A stretch of DNA of 64,000 bases. It comes from Nemertoderma westbladi. Lineage: Eukaryota > Animalia > Xenacoelomorpha. The DNA is taken from the NCBI GenBank assembly GCA_032718475.1, contig JAUCBJ010005988.1, positions 14,567 through 78,566 of the forward strand, written 5' to 3'. The translations under genes were made by a program, and so were the position numbers. This document shows positions 38,940-50,530 of this stretch, one piece after another (within the stretch, counting starts at the first letter, position 1; every line of letters begins with the position of its first letter). The notes below the pieces were generated by a model. That model made no database searches. It had not been told where the DNA came from and saw only the letters and a program-made list of their open reading frames with translations.

Positions 38940-39761
38940 TTAATCGCCATCTGAACTTAAGCAGAAATCTGAAAGTTCCGCATCCGGCTCCATACCAGTG
39001 TCATTAACAGCGTCCTCCTTACTACCTAATCTACTTGTCTCCTTGAGTTTTTTCTTGAGTTTATTATCCCGGGATCTAACCTTCTTCTTTCTCTCAATAA
39101 CATAGTCAGCATCATCGGAACCAACCTCTGGGAACTCCTCCATCAACTCTTCCCCAGCCAGTTTCCTTCTGTCTGTCTGAGTATTCTCGCGGTACTTGGA
39201 GTCCCGGAACCGACTATAGAAGGACGCCAATGGAGTCCCTTCCGCCTTAGTCTCCGTCTCCCATCGCTCTATGGCTACGGTATCATCGATACCGAAGGCG
39301 ACTTTACTACGCCGTTCCGATATAAATAATCCGTTCTCGTTTAGTTTATCAACAAGTTGTTTCAACGGTTTGCAGAAGTTCGCGACTTTACATTTCTTAA
39401 GGAACTTCTTAATTCTTATTATCGGAAGTATAATTAGTTCAGGGAAGGATATCCGATGGCTCTCTGTGTAGAAATAGTCCAGAAGAAGCTCGTAAATCTG
39501 ATCCATAACTCCTTCATAGAACCCCCGTTCCACCAGCTGTCCGGAACTAAACTTCACGATTACCTCGAAGTTGATCGGCTGGGCACTGGCCTTCTGGGCG
39601 CGGGTATTAAAGTCCGTCTGCTCGAGGCAATGAAGGACGAACTGGGCGGAAGGTATGAAAGTGCCGGTGTCCCGACCGAGTCGGTTGAGAAGACGGACGC
39701 AGTGGAAGCGTAAGGGGTAGAACCGAGGGCCCGAGGATAACTCAATGGTACCCGTTGTTAC
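38940..39761 (-). CDS. NOC2L: Nucleolar complex protein 2 homolog, exon 2 (273 aa + stop)
   Basis: RFYPLRFHCVRLL, FIPSAQFVL, KPINF-like QPINFEVIVK, ISFPELIILP, FLKKCKVANFCK, EGTPL are Noc2 family motifs; acceptor TTATTTGCAG| at 39762, phase 0; AATAAA on the minus strand at ~38845. Confidence 0.93.
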   Translation of the reverse strand, partial: VTTGTIELSSGPRFYPLRFHCVRLLNRLGRDTGTFIPSAQFVLHCLEQTDFNTRAQKASAQPINFEVIVKFSSGQLVERGFYEGVMDQIYELLLDYFYTESHRISFPELIILPIIRIKKFLKKCKVANFCKPLKQLVDKLNENGLFISERRSKVAFGIDDTVAIERWETETKAEGTPLASFYSRFRDSKYRENTQTDRRKLAGEELMEEFPEVGSDDADYVIERKKKVRSRDNKLKKKLKETSRLGSKEDAVNDTGMEPDAELSDFCLSSDGD

Positions 39762-39863
39762 CTGCAAATAATCAAACAATTTAAAATAAAAACAAGTTTA
39801 GATTGTAACTATTTACCGAGTATACCTAGTTCATTATTTTATTTAGTATAGTATTAGTAACCA

Positions 39864-41664
39864 GAGACCAGGGCCTCCAGCTCGCTTACCTGTACCAAAG
39901 GACAGACCAGGGCATCCAGCTCGCTTACCTGTACCAAAGGACAGACTAGGGCATCCAGCTCGCTTACCTGTACCAAAGGACAGACTAGGGCATCCAGCTC
40001 GCTTACCTGTATCAAAGGACAGACTAGGGCATCCAGCTCGCTTACCTGTACCAAAGGACAGACTAGGGCATCCAGCTCCAGCTCCCTTATCTGTACCAAA
40101 GGACAGACCGTGGCCTCCAGCTCGCTTACCTGTACCAAAGAACAGACCAGGGCCTCCAGCTCGCTTACATGTACCAAAGGACAGACCAGGGTCTCCAGCT
40201 CGCTCACCTGTACCAAAGGACAGGGACAGACCAGGGCATCCAGCTCCTTTACCTGTACCAAAGGACAGACCAGGGCATCCAGCTCGCTTACCTGTACCAA
40301 AGGACAGACCGGGGCCTCCGGTCGCTTACCTGTACCAAAGGAGAGACCGTGGCCTCCAGCTCGCTTACCTGTACCAAAGGACAGACCAGGGAATCCAGCT
40401 CGCTTACCTGTACCAAAGGACAGACCAGGGTCTCCAGCTCGCTTACCTGTACCAAAGGAGAAAGGACAGACCAGGGTCTCCAGCTCGCTTACCTGTACCA
40501 AAGGAGAAAGGACAGACTAGGGCCTCCAGCTCGCTGACTTGTACTAAAGGACAGACCAGGGTCTCCAGCTCACTTACCTGTACCAAAGGACAGACTGGGG
40601 CCTCCAGCTCGCTTACATGTACCAAAGGACAGACCAGGGTCTCCAGCTCCCTTACCTGTACCAAAGGACAGACCAGGGCATCCAGCTCGCTTACCTGTAC
40701 AAAAGGACAGACCGTGGCCTCCAGCTCGCTTACCTGTACCAAAGGACGGACCGGGGCCTCCAGCTCGCTTACCTGTACCAAAGGACAGACCGGGGCCTCC
40801 AGCTCGCTTACTTGTACCAAAGGAGAAAGGGCAGACCAGGGTCTCCAGCTCGCTTACCTGTACCAAAGGACAGACCAGGGCCTCCAGCTCGCTTACCTGT
40901 ACCAAAGGACGGACCGGGGCCTCCAGCTCGCTTACCTGTACCAAAGGACAGACCGGGGCCTCCAGCTCGCTTACTTGTACCAAAGGACAGACTAGGGCAT
41001 CCAGCTCGCTTACCTGTACCAAAGGACAGACCGGGGCCTCCACCTCGCTTACTTGTACCAAAGGACAGACCAGGGCATCCAGCTCGCTTACTTGTACCAA
41101 AGGACAGACCAGGGTCTCCAGCTCGCTTACCTGTACCAAAGGAGAAAGGACAGACCAGGGTCTCCAGCTCGCTTACCTGTACCAAAGGAGAAAGGACAGA
41201 CCAGGGTCTCCAGCTCGCTGACCTGTACCAAAGGACAGACCAGGGTCTCCAGCTCGCTTACCTGTACCAAAGGACAGACCAGGGCCTCCAGCTCCCTTAC
41301 CTGTACCAAAGGACAGACCGGGGCCTCCAGCTCGCTTACTTGTACCAAAGGGCAGACCAGGGCATCCAGCTCGCTTATCTGTACCAAAGGACAGACCGGG
41401 GCCTCCAGTTCGCTTACTTGTACCAAAGGACAGACCAGGGCATCCAGCTCGCTTACTTGTACCAAAGGACAGACCAGGGTCTCCAGCTCGCTTACCTGTA
41501 CCAAAGGAGAAAGGACAGACCAGGGTCTACAGCTCGCTTACCTGTACCAAAGGAGAAAGGACAGACTAGGGCCTCCAGCTCGCTGACCTGTACCAAAGTA
41601 GAAAGGACAGACTAGGGCCTCCAGCTCGCTTACCTGTACCAAAGGACAGATCAGGGCATCCAGA
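39864..41664 (-). repeat. 39-bp (some 46-bp) minisatellite made of the NOC2L exon-1 end plus its donor site, ~44 copies
   Basis: Minus-strand unit GTAAGCGAGCTGGAKGCCCTGGTCTGTCCTTTGGTACAG; 46-bp units carry extra TTTCTCC. Confidence 0.95.
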
Positions 41665-42809
41665 TCACGCCCTGAATTGCCCAACAGCACCCCAAAGAAC
41701 TGCAAACACCGCAGGAACTGCCAGTTACAGACAGCCTGGAGGTTCTCCTTGCGAGAGACTGTCATGGCGTTCCGAAGGTGGATAGCCAATTGCCGGATGT
41801 AGGTGAAGGAGAAGTGATAGGAGACCTGATTGTCCAACAGAAAGATCTCCACTAGAGATCGCTGTAAGAAAATGAGACGTTGCAATGAGTTCACCGATAC
41901 GAATCGGCTCTCCCTCACGAGCCGTAAGTACATCGACTTGGCCATCGCCTCTGTAAATTTAGTGGAGTTTAATTTCCTGAGCAGTCGGTTGATTGACAGA
42001 AAGGAGAGGAGTTGTATGAGAACGTCGTCTGATGTCGCCCAGACACGGACCAGACGGTTGAGAAGCACTCGAGACAGTCCGGGGAACTCGGAGCTGTATG
42101 ACGTCATCGCTAACAGATGACGTAACACCGGTACCGATACCGACTGGGTTAGTAACGTTAGAACGTCGGTTAGATAGCTCCTAACTCTAACCCGAAGGCG
42201 ACTCCATTGAGGGCCTTTCTTGGAGGTTGGACTCAATGAACCTATGACGTCACGCATACGGGACAAACAGAGGAGCACAATACGGTTGTGCACCTCGCTG
42301 CTCTCTATTCGCCAAGATGATTTATTATCTTCCGTTGATTCCGACTGCCTTACTGCAGCGCGAAACGCACCGCGTAACTTAAGGAAGAGATCCAGCGACG
42401 GATTCTCGCATTCCCATTGCTTTATCAACACCATAGTTACCGTTTGCTTCCTCCCTATCGGCTCCTCTGGTTCTTTGTCTCCATCATATCCACCCTTCTC
42501 CCCATCCGATTCGCTTTCATCTTCATTCTCCTCCACGGAGGAGTCACCCGAGTCTTCCGAGCCGCTAAACTGTAACAACTCGCCGTCGTTCTCCTTTAGA
42601 TATTCGTAGAACTCCGGATCCCGTTCCTTCAACGACTCTAGTTGGTCTCGATGTTTCTTCCTCTTCGGAACTATTTCGTCTGTTACATCGTCAACGTCTT
42701 CCGCATTATCGATCTCCATAGCAACGGGGACATCTTCGGCAAATGAAGCAAAAAGATTGTCAACAGATACATCGGCTAGTTTTCTATTGGTTACATTCGC
42801 CGTAGCCAT
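41634..42809 (-). CDS. NOC2L: Nucleolar complex protein 2 homolog, exon 1 (392 aa)
   Basis: HRDQLESLKERDPEFYEYLKEND.ELLQF and YHFSFTYIRQLAIHLRNAM...QAVCNWQF are Noc2 hallmarks; donor CAG|GTAAGC at 41633 joins in frame as ...LICPLVQ|VTTGTIEL... Confidence 0.93.
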
Positions 42810-43566
42810 GATTTAATTAAAGCTTATTTACCGCTATACGGTACTTTCAAGTTGAAGTTCAAACAAAATGTTTTTAGTAGGCCTACTTTATTACAGTACG
42901 GTACAGCAATACTGCAGTACAGCAGTCTGGCAGTAGTAATAAGCCTACTACTGTACTCAGTACAGCAGTACACCTAATATCAGAATATCCTATTCTCAGA
43001 AAGAATGAATCTATTCTCTCAGTCTCTGAATGCTGTAGATAATCCACTAGAGGGAGATATAAATATATCCCGCCTTACTCAGTTACTGGCACCCGCAGAC
43101 GCGTAGCGGCCCAAATAATATGTAACGGCTATCATCATAAGCTGTGTGATCGGCAGAAATGGTGGAGGCCCACGGAATCATGTGTCTGTTGGGTCTGTGA
43201 CCGCCCGGCAACAACCAAGGAACACTATAAATCCTGCACCAAAATCACACAATGCAACTCGGTCCTCCACTATGCCCTATTTTTAAATAGTTTTTATCGT
43301 GATACTCATTTAGTAATTATAATAATTCATTTATTTTATTTATAGACCGCTTCAATTACGAAATTAAAATTATTATTATTCTCAGATTCTATTACTAGCC
43401 TAGTGCTGTGTAGTGGCCAGGTGGCAGATTAGTGCAGAGTGCAGTAGTAGTGTTACTGTGTTAAGTACTGTGTACTGTACCTGATGTATGCATTGCAGAA
43501 AGGTCCTACGTCACCTGGAAGCAGCAATGTTCTCCAATGTAGTGATCCATATGAATTTCCCGCTTA

Positions 43567-44113
43567 CACCATGACCCATTAAGTTGTTACCATGAAGCCG
43601 GAATTTTGATTTTCCATTTAAAGTTTTTATACGCGTTTTAAAAAAGTGTCTTGCGAAATCTTACCCTCCGTACATTGGGCATTCTTAACATAACATTAGT
43701 CGTAATTTTTCATATCTTTAGAAAGCTTGCGTTGCAAGGATTCCAAATATGTAACAATATCTGAATTTCATTGAGAAACAGCTAAGGCTGAGATATAGGC
43801 GTTCTAAGATTGCAAGAATTATCGTTCGATGTACGTCATTTATTATATATATTTAATAAATACACAACATTCTAGAAATTATTATTTTATCTCATAAGCT
43901 CCAGTATCTACCGAGGGTGCAATTTCGAAAAAGACACTTTTTTAAGACGTTTATCTAAAAATTGAAAGGCAAAAAAACGAAAATTCCGGCTTCATCGGCG
44001 TTGAGTTGAAGTAGTTGTGTTTCAAATTTCAAGCAATATGATAAAGATTTGTAGAAAAATATGGGGGGGGGTCCGTGTCATCAGAAAATAACACAATATT
44101 ACGGATCATGGTG
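43567..44113. mobile_element. MITE with TA TSD (Tc1/mariner-type)
   Basis: TA|CACCATGACCC … GGATCATGGTG|TA; internal inverted blocks ATGAAGCCGGAATTTT/AAAATTCCGGCTTCAT and AAAAAAGTGTCTT/AAGACACTTTTTT. Confidence 0.8.
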
Positions 44114-44199
44114 TAATATACTAAGCACTAGGCAGTTATATAGTAGGTATAATACTATTTATCTTATCATTAATTTATCACTAAAGATCAGTGCTGTAT

Positions 44200-47100
44200 T
44201 GCAGTAAGGTATGTGGTAGGTTCTACTGTTTATGAGAAAATGTTGGCTCTGGTTAATACGAGCTCTGACACCTCTTCACAAGGCCACTTTAATGCACTTA
44301 ATCAGGTTTGTAAGAAGTTTCAAATTCCCTTGAGCCAATCAATGCATTGCAGATGCTTTTGATGGTGCATCCAATATGAGTGCCGAGTACAATGGGCTAC
44401 AAGCTAAACTGAAAGATGTATCTCCAAACCACATCCACACATGGTGCTATTCACATGTGTTGAACCTCGTGATCACCGACAGCTGTTCTTCTCTGGAATG
44501 TGTTTCATTCTTTGGGTTGTTGCAAGCAGTCTATGTGTTATTCGCTGATAGTTACAAGCGTATGGCAGTTTGGGAGAAAACCTTGGAACAACAGTTGGGA
44601 GAAGGATGCATGCAAGCATGCAACGAATAATGTAGGCTGCAATGAAATTCGTCTGTCCCATTTATCCTCTTTATTTATCCACTCTCATCCAATATTTAAT
44701 CGTATTTCTATTTATTATTTATTTAGGCCCCCTTATTTATTTACTTTCAGTTTCGTAACCCACCAGTAGTAGTTGTGACCATTGTTGCGGCGGTAGAGCC
44801 CATTATCCTTTTGTTGCGGCTTTGCCCACTATGCGTGTTGTGGCTTTAAGCCCATTTTCCCTATAATGTCGCCACCGAACCCTTTCCCCATGACAGTAAT
44901 TAACCTTTTTCCAGTACGTATATTTAATTATTTTATTATTATTATAACGTCATATACTGTATTTTGTTTTAAATTATTCTTATCTTTAAGCATTTAATAT
45001 CCACGTACATACTGTATTTAGTAATAATCCTATCAGAACCCTCTCAATTAGCGATTCATGTTGCGCCGACGGCCAAACTCAAATTTCTAAAATGCTAAAA
45101 TGATATTTATTTATAGTTATTTTTTGTGCATTTTGGGCTATTCTGTTACCATTTTGATCACTCACCTTTTCCAGGGATTTGAATGAGGGCAGACCTGAAA
45201 TTTTCGGCACCCTCCCGGTGTCTAGGAAGTTTGTACATGGGCAGTTTCACATAGATAAAATGAATTCAATTACCAATTATTCTGCCCTTACCACGCATAC
45301 AACCATTTTATTGTGCAGTTCTTGGTTTGGTTATTCATTCAATCCCGCATATCGTTTCATTCCATCAGAAGGGCCACCTTGACGGGATTGGACTACCTTC
45401 AATATCATTTATCATTTCATCAGAAGGGCCGCCTTAATTGGATTGGATTACCTGCAAACAAACTCATGTATTATTACATTCATTCATTCTTTGTGGGGTT
45501 TTTTGAATGACCGATCCAATCACTGTACTTAGAATGTAACTCAGCGTAGTATGAGCATTCACTATATCCAATATAGATGCATTGCCCCCGATTTAGCAGT
45601 TGACACAGTGAAGCTAACCCCATGTATAGGCTCCCCAGCCATCCTATTGGCTATAACCGAAATTATTAATTCATCAATATCATTCAGATGCCAGTGTTTG
45701 AACTTTGACCGTTAATTATCGAGTAATATATCGGGAAACCCCCTTTAATGCACAAATTACTACAGTATAAAAAAGCTCAGAATCTTTATTAAGGGATCCT
45801 TTTCACTGATAAATTTGGTCGGTTGTTAGGCAGCGTGTTTCACCGCTCAATCGAGTTCCCCCTTGCCCCTTATTCAAACCTTAATTTATTGTTTTACTTT
45901 TACCATTACCGGTTCACCTATTTTTCATTTTCTATACTTTACCAAAACAGACGAATTTTTTCCCAACCTTTTGATAATACCCCTATTTAACAGTTTATTA
46001 ACGCAGTTTTCAAACAATTCTATTTAATTACCGGTAAATTGTAAATTATATAATAATATTTTATCGAATTATTGAAAATAATGAACTATCGCCCTACAAT
46101 AATTGATAATAAATAAAACTGAACTTAATCACACCCAAGTCATTTTCAACCCTAGTATGCTCGATTGTGCGCGTAATACAAAACACCGCCATACTGCAAT
46201 ATTCCAACCCGCCGCACCAAAATTTTAACGCAGTCAGCCGCACAGTAGCCTGGCCGCTACAACAATTACCAAATCTTTGAAAAACCCGCTGGCGAACCAA
46301 AAACAATGCCACAGTGAAGATTTATGGTACTTGGGATCACTCTGCTGGTGATCAGAGTAGTACATGCTTAAAGTATCCTGTACTAGTATTATGTTTAGAC
46401 GAAATTTCAAAATCTGATCATTTTAAAGCCATTCACCGATCAGAAGCGAATTCTTTGTGTGAAAACTTAAAATGGCAAGCGATGAACCTTTTAAAGATCC
46501 AAAGGATGAGTTCAAAGCAAGGGTCTACAATGTTGTTATAGATACGGCTATTAATCAAATTGATAACCGCTTTTCCGAACATGGAAAATTGTATCAGAGC
46601 TTAGAACTCTTAGATCCATATGGTCCCTACTTATGGTCCCTACTCAAACAACCCACGATTGCATACAAACCAATAACTGATGTCGATGAATGTGATGACG
46701 ATATATGTGTGGAACATCCTGGGAAATGCCTTGGCGACTGCCTCGTCGGTTGTTTAAAGGTTATGGTCGAATATAATTTTTTCTCCTCGGCATATGAGAC
46801 TCTCTGCATGGTATACAGAACAGTTCTAACTCTACCCATGACCCAGGTAACGTGAGACAAATATATATATACATCATTTGTCTTAATAGAATTCACCAAT
46901 AATAATAATAAATACAGTATGTAAAATTTACAAATAGAATTATAGAAAAATAGAGTTGTTATAAAATATTGAAACTGAAACGAATTACTGAAGCTGAGTT
47001 GAGTTGCCTACATAATTACCTGTATTCTTTTTTAGGTAATTTTATTAATTGTAATAACTAAATTTTATTTTATCAGGTTTGCTGTGAACGAGTCTTCTCT

Positions 47101-47270
47101 CAGTTAAACTTATTTTAACTCGTCTACGCAGTACGTTGACTCAGGAACATTTGGAGGATTTCTCCTGATGAAATTAAACAGGTGTTGGACTGAGGAAATT
47201 GAATCATCGGTTATAATTGAAAAATTTTGCGAAGGAAGCTCCACACTTAAAGCCTTGCTACAATTATAAC
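44200..47270 (+). pseudogene. hAT-superfamily (ZMYM1-like) transposase pseudogene, interrupted by ~1.7 kb of unrelated sequence (~44630-46290)
   Basis: FDGASNMSAEYNGLQAKLK...HTWCYSHVLNLV (catalytic D, CxxH); VIDTAINQIDNRF; LTLPMTQ|VCCERVFSQL..TRLRSTLTQEHL dimerisation domain with a GT-AG intron ~46847-47076; frameshifts and stops. Confidence 0.85.
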
Positions 47271-47308
47271 TAAATCGAAACTCCGCTTTAAAAAGGGTAA
47301 ATAATATT

Positions 47309-47785
47309 GTAACACGACGTTTACAAAGCTGCATATACTCTTGTAACACGTGGCTTTTTACTAAGCTGCATATAATCTTGTAACCCGTATTGTTTACTAA
47401 GCTGCATATAATCTTGTAACCCGTATTGTTTACTAAGCTGCATATAATCTTTAACAAGAGACGTTTACCTAGCTGCATATAATCTTGTAACCCGTATTGT
47501 TTACTACGGTGCATATAATCTTGTAACACGTATTGTTTACTGAGCTGCATATAATCTTGTAACCCGTATTGTTTACTAAGGTGCATATAATCTTGTAACA
47601 CGTGTTGTTTACTAAGCTGCATATAATCTTTAACAAGAGACGTTTACCTAGCTGCATATAATCTTGTAACCCGTATTGTTTACTACGGTGCATATAATCT
47701 TGTAACACGTGTTGTTTACTAAGCTGCATATAATCTTTAACACGTGACGTTTACCTAGCTGCATATAATCTTATAACACGTGTTG
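47309..47785. repeat. ~36-bp tandem repeat, ~13 copies (GCTGCATATAATCTTGTAACCCGTATTGTTTACTAA)
   Basis: Seen directly. Confidence 0.94.
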
Positions 47786-48559
47786 AAACAACAAGGGTGG
47801 GAATGGTAGTAGAGTCAGCAAACATACGGTAATAACTGTATGACATACGAAGTACGGTGTACATACGATAATAAAAACTATTCTGTTCGAGAATAAAAAT
47901 ACGGCTACATTACCTTCAGCAAATATGCATATATATTCCGTTTTAGAACAGACAATAATTATAGTATATAATATTAAAAATTGCTATAATTTATTAATAC
48001 AGATTTAGCCTGGTGTAAACTATACGACGACAGCCGTCAACCATTACTCTGAACATAAATGACACCGGAACTTCCCTCCTGACACTCGTCGTTTATTGTG
48101 TTGTGTAACCTGCTCCTTTCCCTTAACCTGTTATATTTTATAAGGAATGTCGGTCGATACTTCCAGCGGAAATATGAGATATATTTTGATCCTTAATATT
48201 ATGGTACCCCCTCTCACCTCCTCACCCATTGTATATTGCTTTTGTTAGATTTCATCAGAAAACAAGTTACTGAAATATGTTTACACGATTATTTATTCCG
48301 ATTTTACCAGAACAGAAGTTGTGCCAGACTAGACTACACTGTAAATGTAAACGATAAAGTATTCATTACAACAATTAAATAATGGCCATAGCATTCGGCC
48401 GTCAATTATTGTAAGTAAGTTAAACTGCATATACCCAGGTGAGGGTACTAATGTATCACTATGCGAGATTGAGATTAATGATACAGCAAGTGGAACCATT
48501 GATCGATAGTAACTCAGATCAAATGAACGAACATGATCGATAACAGTCAATAAATATTG

Positions 48560-48754
48560 CTATAAGTCAGGTTCGTTCTGTTGCTTGACTTTCTTAAATG
48601 GCTGTTGCCCCTCAGGCAGTTGAACAGTATCTTTGATCCATTTTATATAGTCGGTAGACCCTTGATGTATTTCTGTGCTGATCACTTCCGGTACCGCGTA
48701 ACCATGGTTTCGCTCTACGAATTCAGTCACTTGTGGAACAATCTCTGTTCGCGT
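48560..48754 (-). CDS. CUTA: CutA homolog, last exon (64 aa + stop; absent from the ORF track)
   Basis: Acceptor TTTTGTGTTTCCCTAG| then TRTEIVPQVTEFVERNHGYAVPEVISTEIHQGSTDYIKWIKDTV…*, matching the CutA HPYEVPEI…G…Y..W motif; phase 0 agrees with the donor at 60074. Confidence 0.9.
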   Translation of the reverse strand, partial: TRTEIVPQVTEFVERNHGYAVPEVISTEIHQGSTDYIKWIKDTVQLPEGQQPFKKVKQQNEPDL

Positions 48755-49963
48755 CTAGGGAAACACAAAACATTACATTAAAGAAAGATATGAGTAGTCA
48801 CTATAGTTACACTTACTGACATAAGTTTTGTATGGTAAATAAATAATTAGGGATGTGCCGGATTGACAATTTTCAAACCGGCCAGGCCGGACCCGGATTT
48901 GTAAAAAAAATACAGCCGGAATTCCGGCTAAAGCCGGATTTTTATTATATATCACCATAACCATTTACACTATAACCTACGCCGATTTTATATTTGACAT
49001 AATGGATTGATTTTATATTGTTAAATGTTAAATATGAAAAATGAAAATGAAATAAAAAAGTGCAATTGGAAATATAGAACGAAGTACCGTAATAATAGCT
49101 GTAGTTTTTTATACTCTCTGAGTTAAATTGGAATTACAAAAGTTTCTAAATAGCCTGTCCAATATATATAAACTGGTCATTTACGTGGTTGGCTTTATCT
49201 CAATTTATAACAGTACCTAGACCTAAATCAAGTGATAAACGCTTGCGCGCTGAGACAATACAATAATTATTGATTATTTATGATTAGTATATATATGAGC
49301 GAGCATACGTGTACTATTATAATCATTAATCAGTGCTATTGAGGTTGAGCCCAACCAAATACAAATATTATCGGCAAAAAGTAGTCAGTCAGCTCAGTCA
49401 GGGTTTTTTTTTTCTAAATTATGTTAGTGAAATCAAAAATTAAAAATAGTGATTTCTACCGGGAACCTTAGGATTCAGTGCAACCTGGGTGAAAGAAAAC
49501 GGTTATAGCTTAGAATTTAATAAAAATGCATTTGCATGCCCGTAAATAATGAAGGGTGATTGTTTTTTTTTTATTTAAAAGCCGTTTAAGTTCTATATTT
49601 ACCGGTATGCCTTTCGAGGAGTTTCTTTTTGGTTACGGTAACAATTAATTATGACTGTATGATAAAATAAAACTAACAATAATCTGCCCTGCCTACAGAT
49701 ACATGTTTTTGAAGTAAAAAGTTAATTTAGCATCGTTCATAATTTGAATGAAATTTCCCTCCAGTTCTTTATGTAACAAGAAAAAGAAACAGAAGCATTT
49801 AATTGAATTTCAACCACAAAAACTTTCAATGCAGTTAATTCAAAATTATATTATTTTTTTCGTTGGCCCTTTCAAGTGTGACCATCAGGGCCGGATTTAG
49901 AGTGGTGGGAGGCATGGGGCCGGGTCAGTGGTGGGTGGCCTGGGTCGGGTCAGTGGTGGGGGG

Positions 49964-50504
49964 TGTTCTGGCGGTCAGACATTCACACTCGGCTGCTCGG
50001 AGGCCGATATTTAGGTACCGGCCTGTTACAGTATTTATTACAACTCGCCTGCCACTCAGTTCACGTTTACTAGTTTGTAATTATATACCGTAGTTGTCAT
50101 CCCCATTGCAAGTAATAACAAAGAATTAGAATGATTAATTATTCTTTACCAGTATATTTAATAAGTAAATCAAGTAAGACGATTATGCAGAAATACTGAA
50201 ATATTACCAACTCTGCACGTGTCTCTCTCCAGTTATATCTAAAAAGCGAATGGCTACCTACTACCGGTATCATCCACAAAAACAGGCGGTTTTAGTTCTT
50301 ACTTCTAATTGGCCGTTGCCACACCAACAAGCAAAGATACAATTTGAATCTCCTTATTTCCCGCCCAACTAAAGTTCAGTAGTACGCTATATAAATCAAT
50401 TGCAACTAAGGTACAAATATGTACAGTACAAATACAAACAGTAAATTGCTACATACTGTACAACAGATCAAATGTTGTATTGCGCAAACATATCAATTGC
50501 GACA
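49964..50504 (-). repeat. 3' LTR (541 bp)
   Basis: TGTTCTGGCG…TTGCGACA; near-identical to 57251..57791 (two mismatches noticed by eye). Confidence 0.97.
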
Positions 50505-50530
50505 TAGCCGGCCCAAAAAACCCTTTGCTA

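Noticed and set aside
39854-41615. Repeat ORFs (VSELEALVCPLVQ etc.) as part of the NOC2L protein
   Set aside because: Read-through stops at 41538 and the Noc2 sequence is continuous only when the whole array is spliced out
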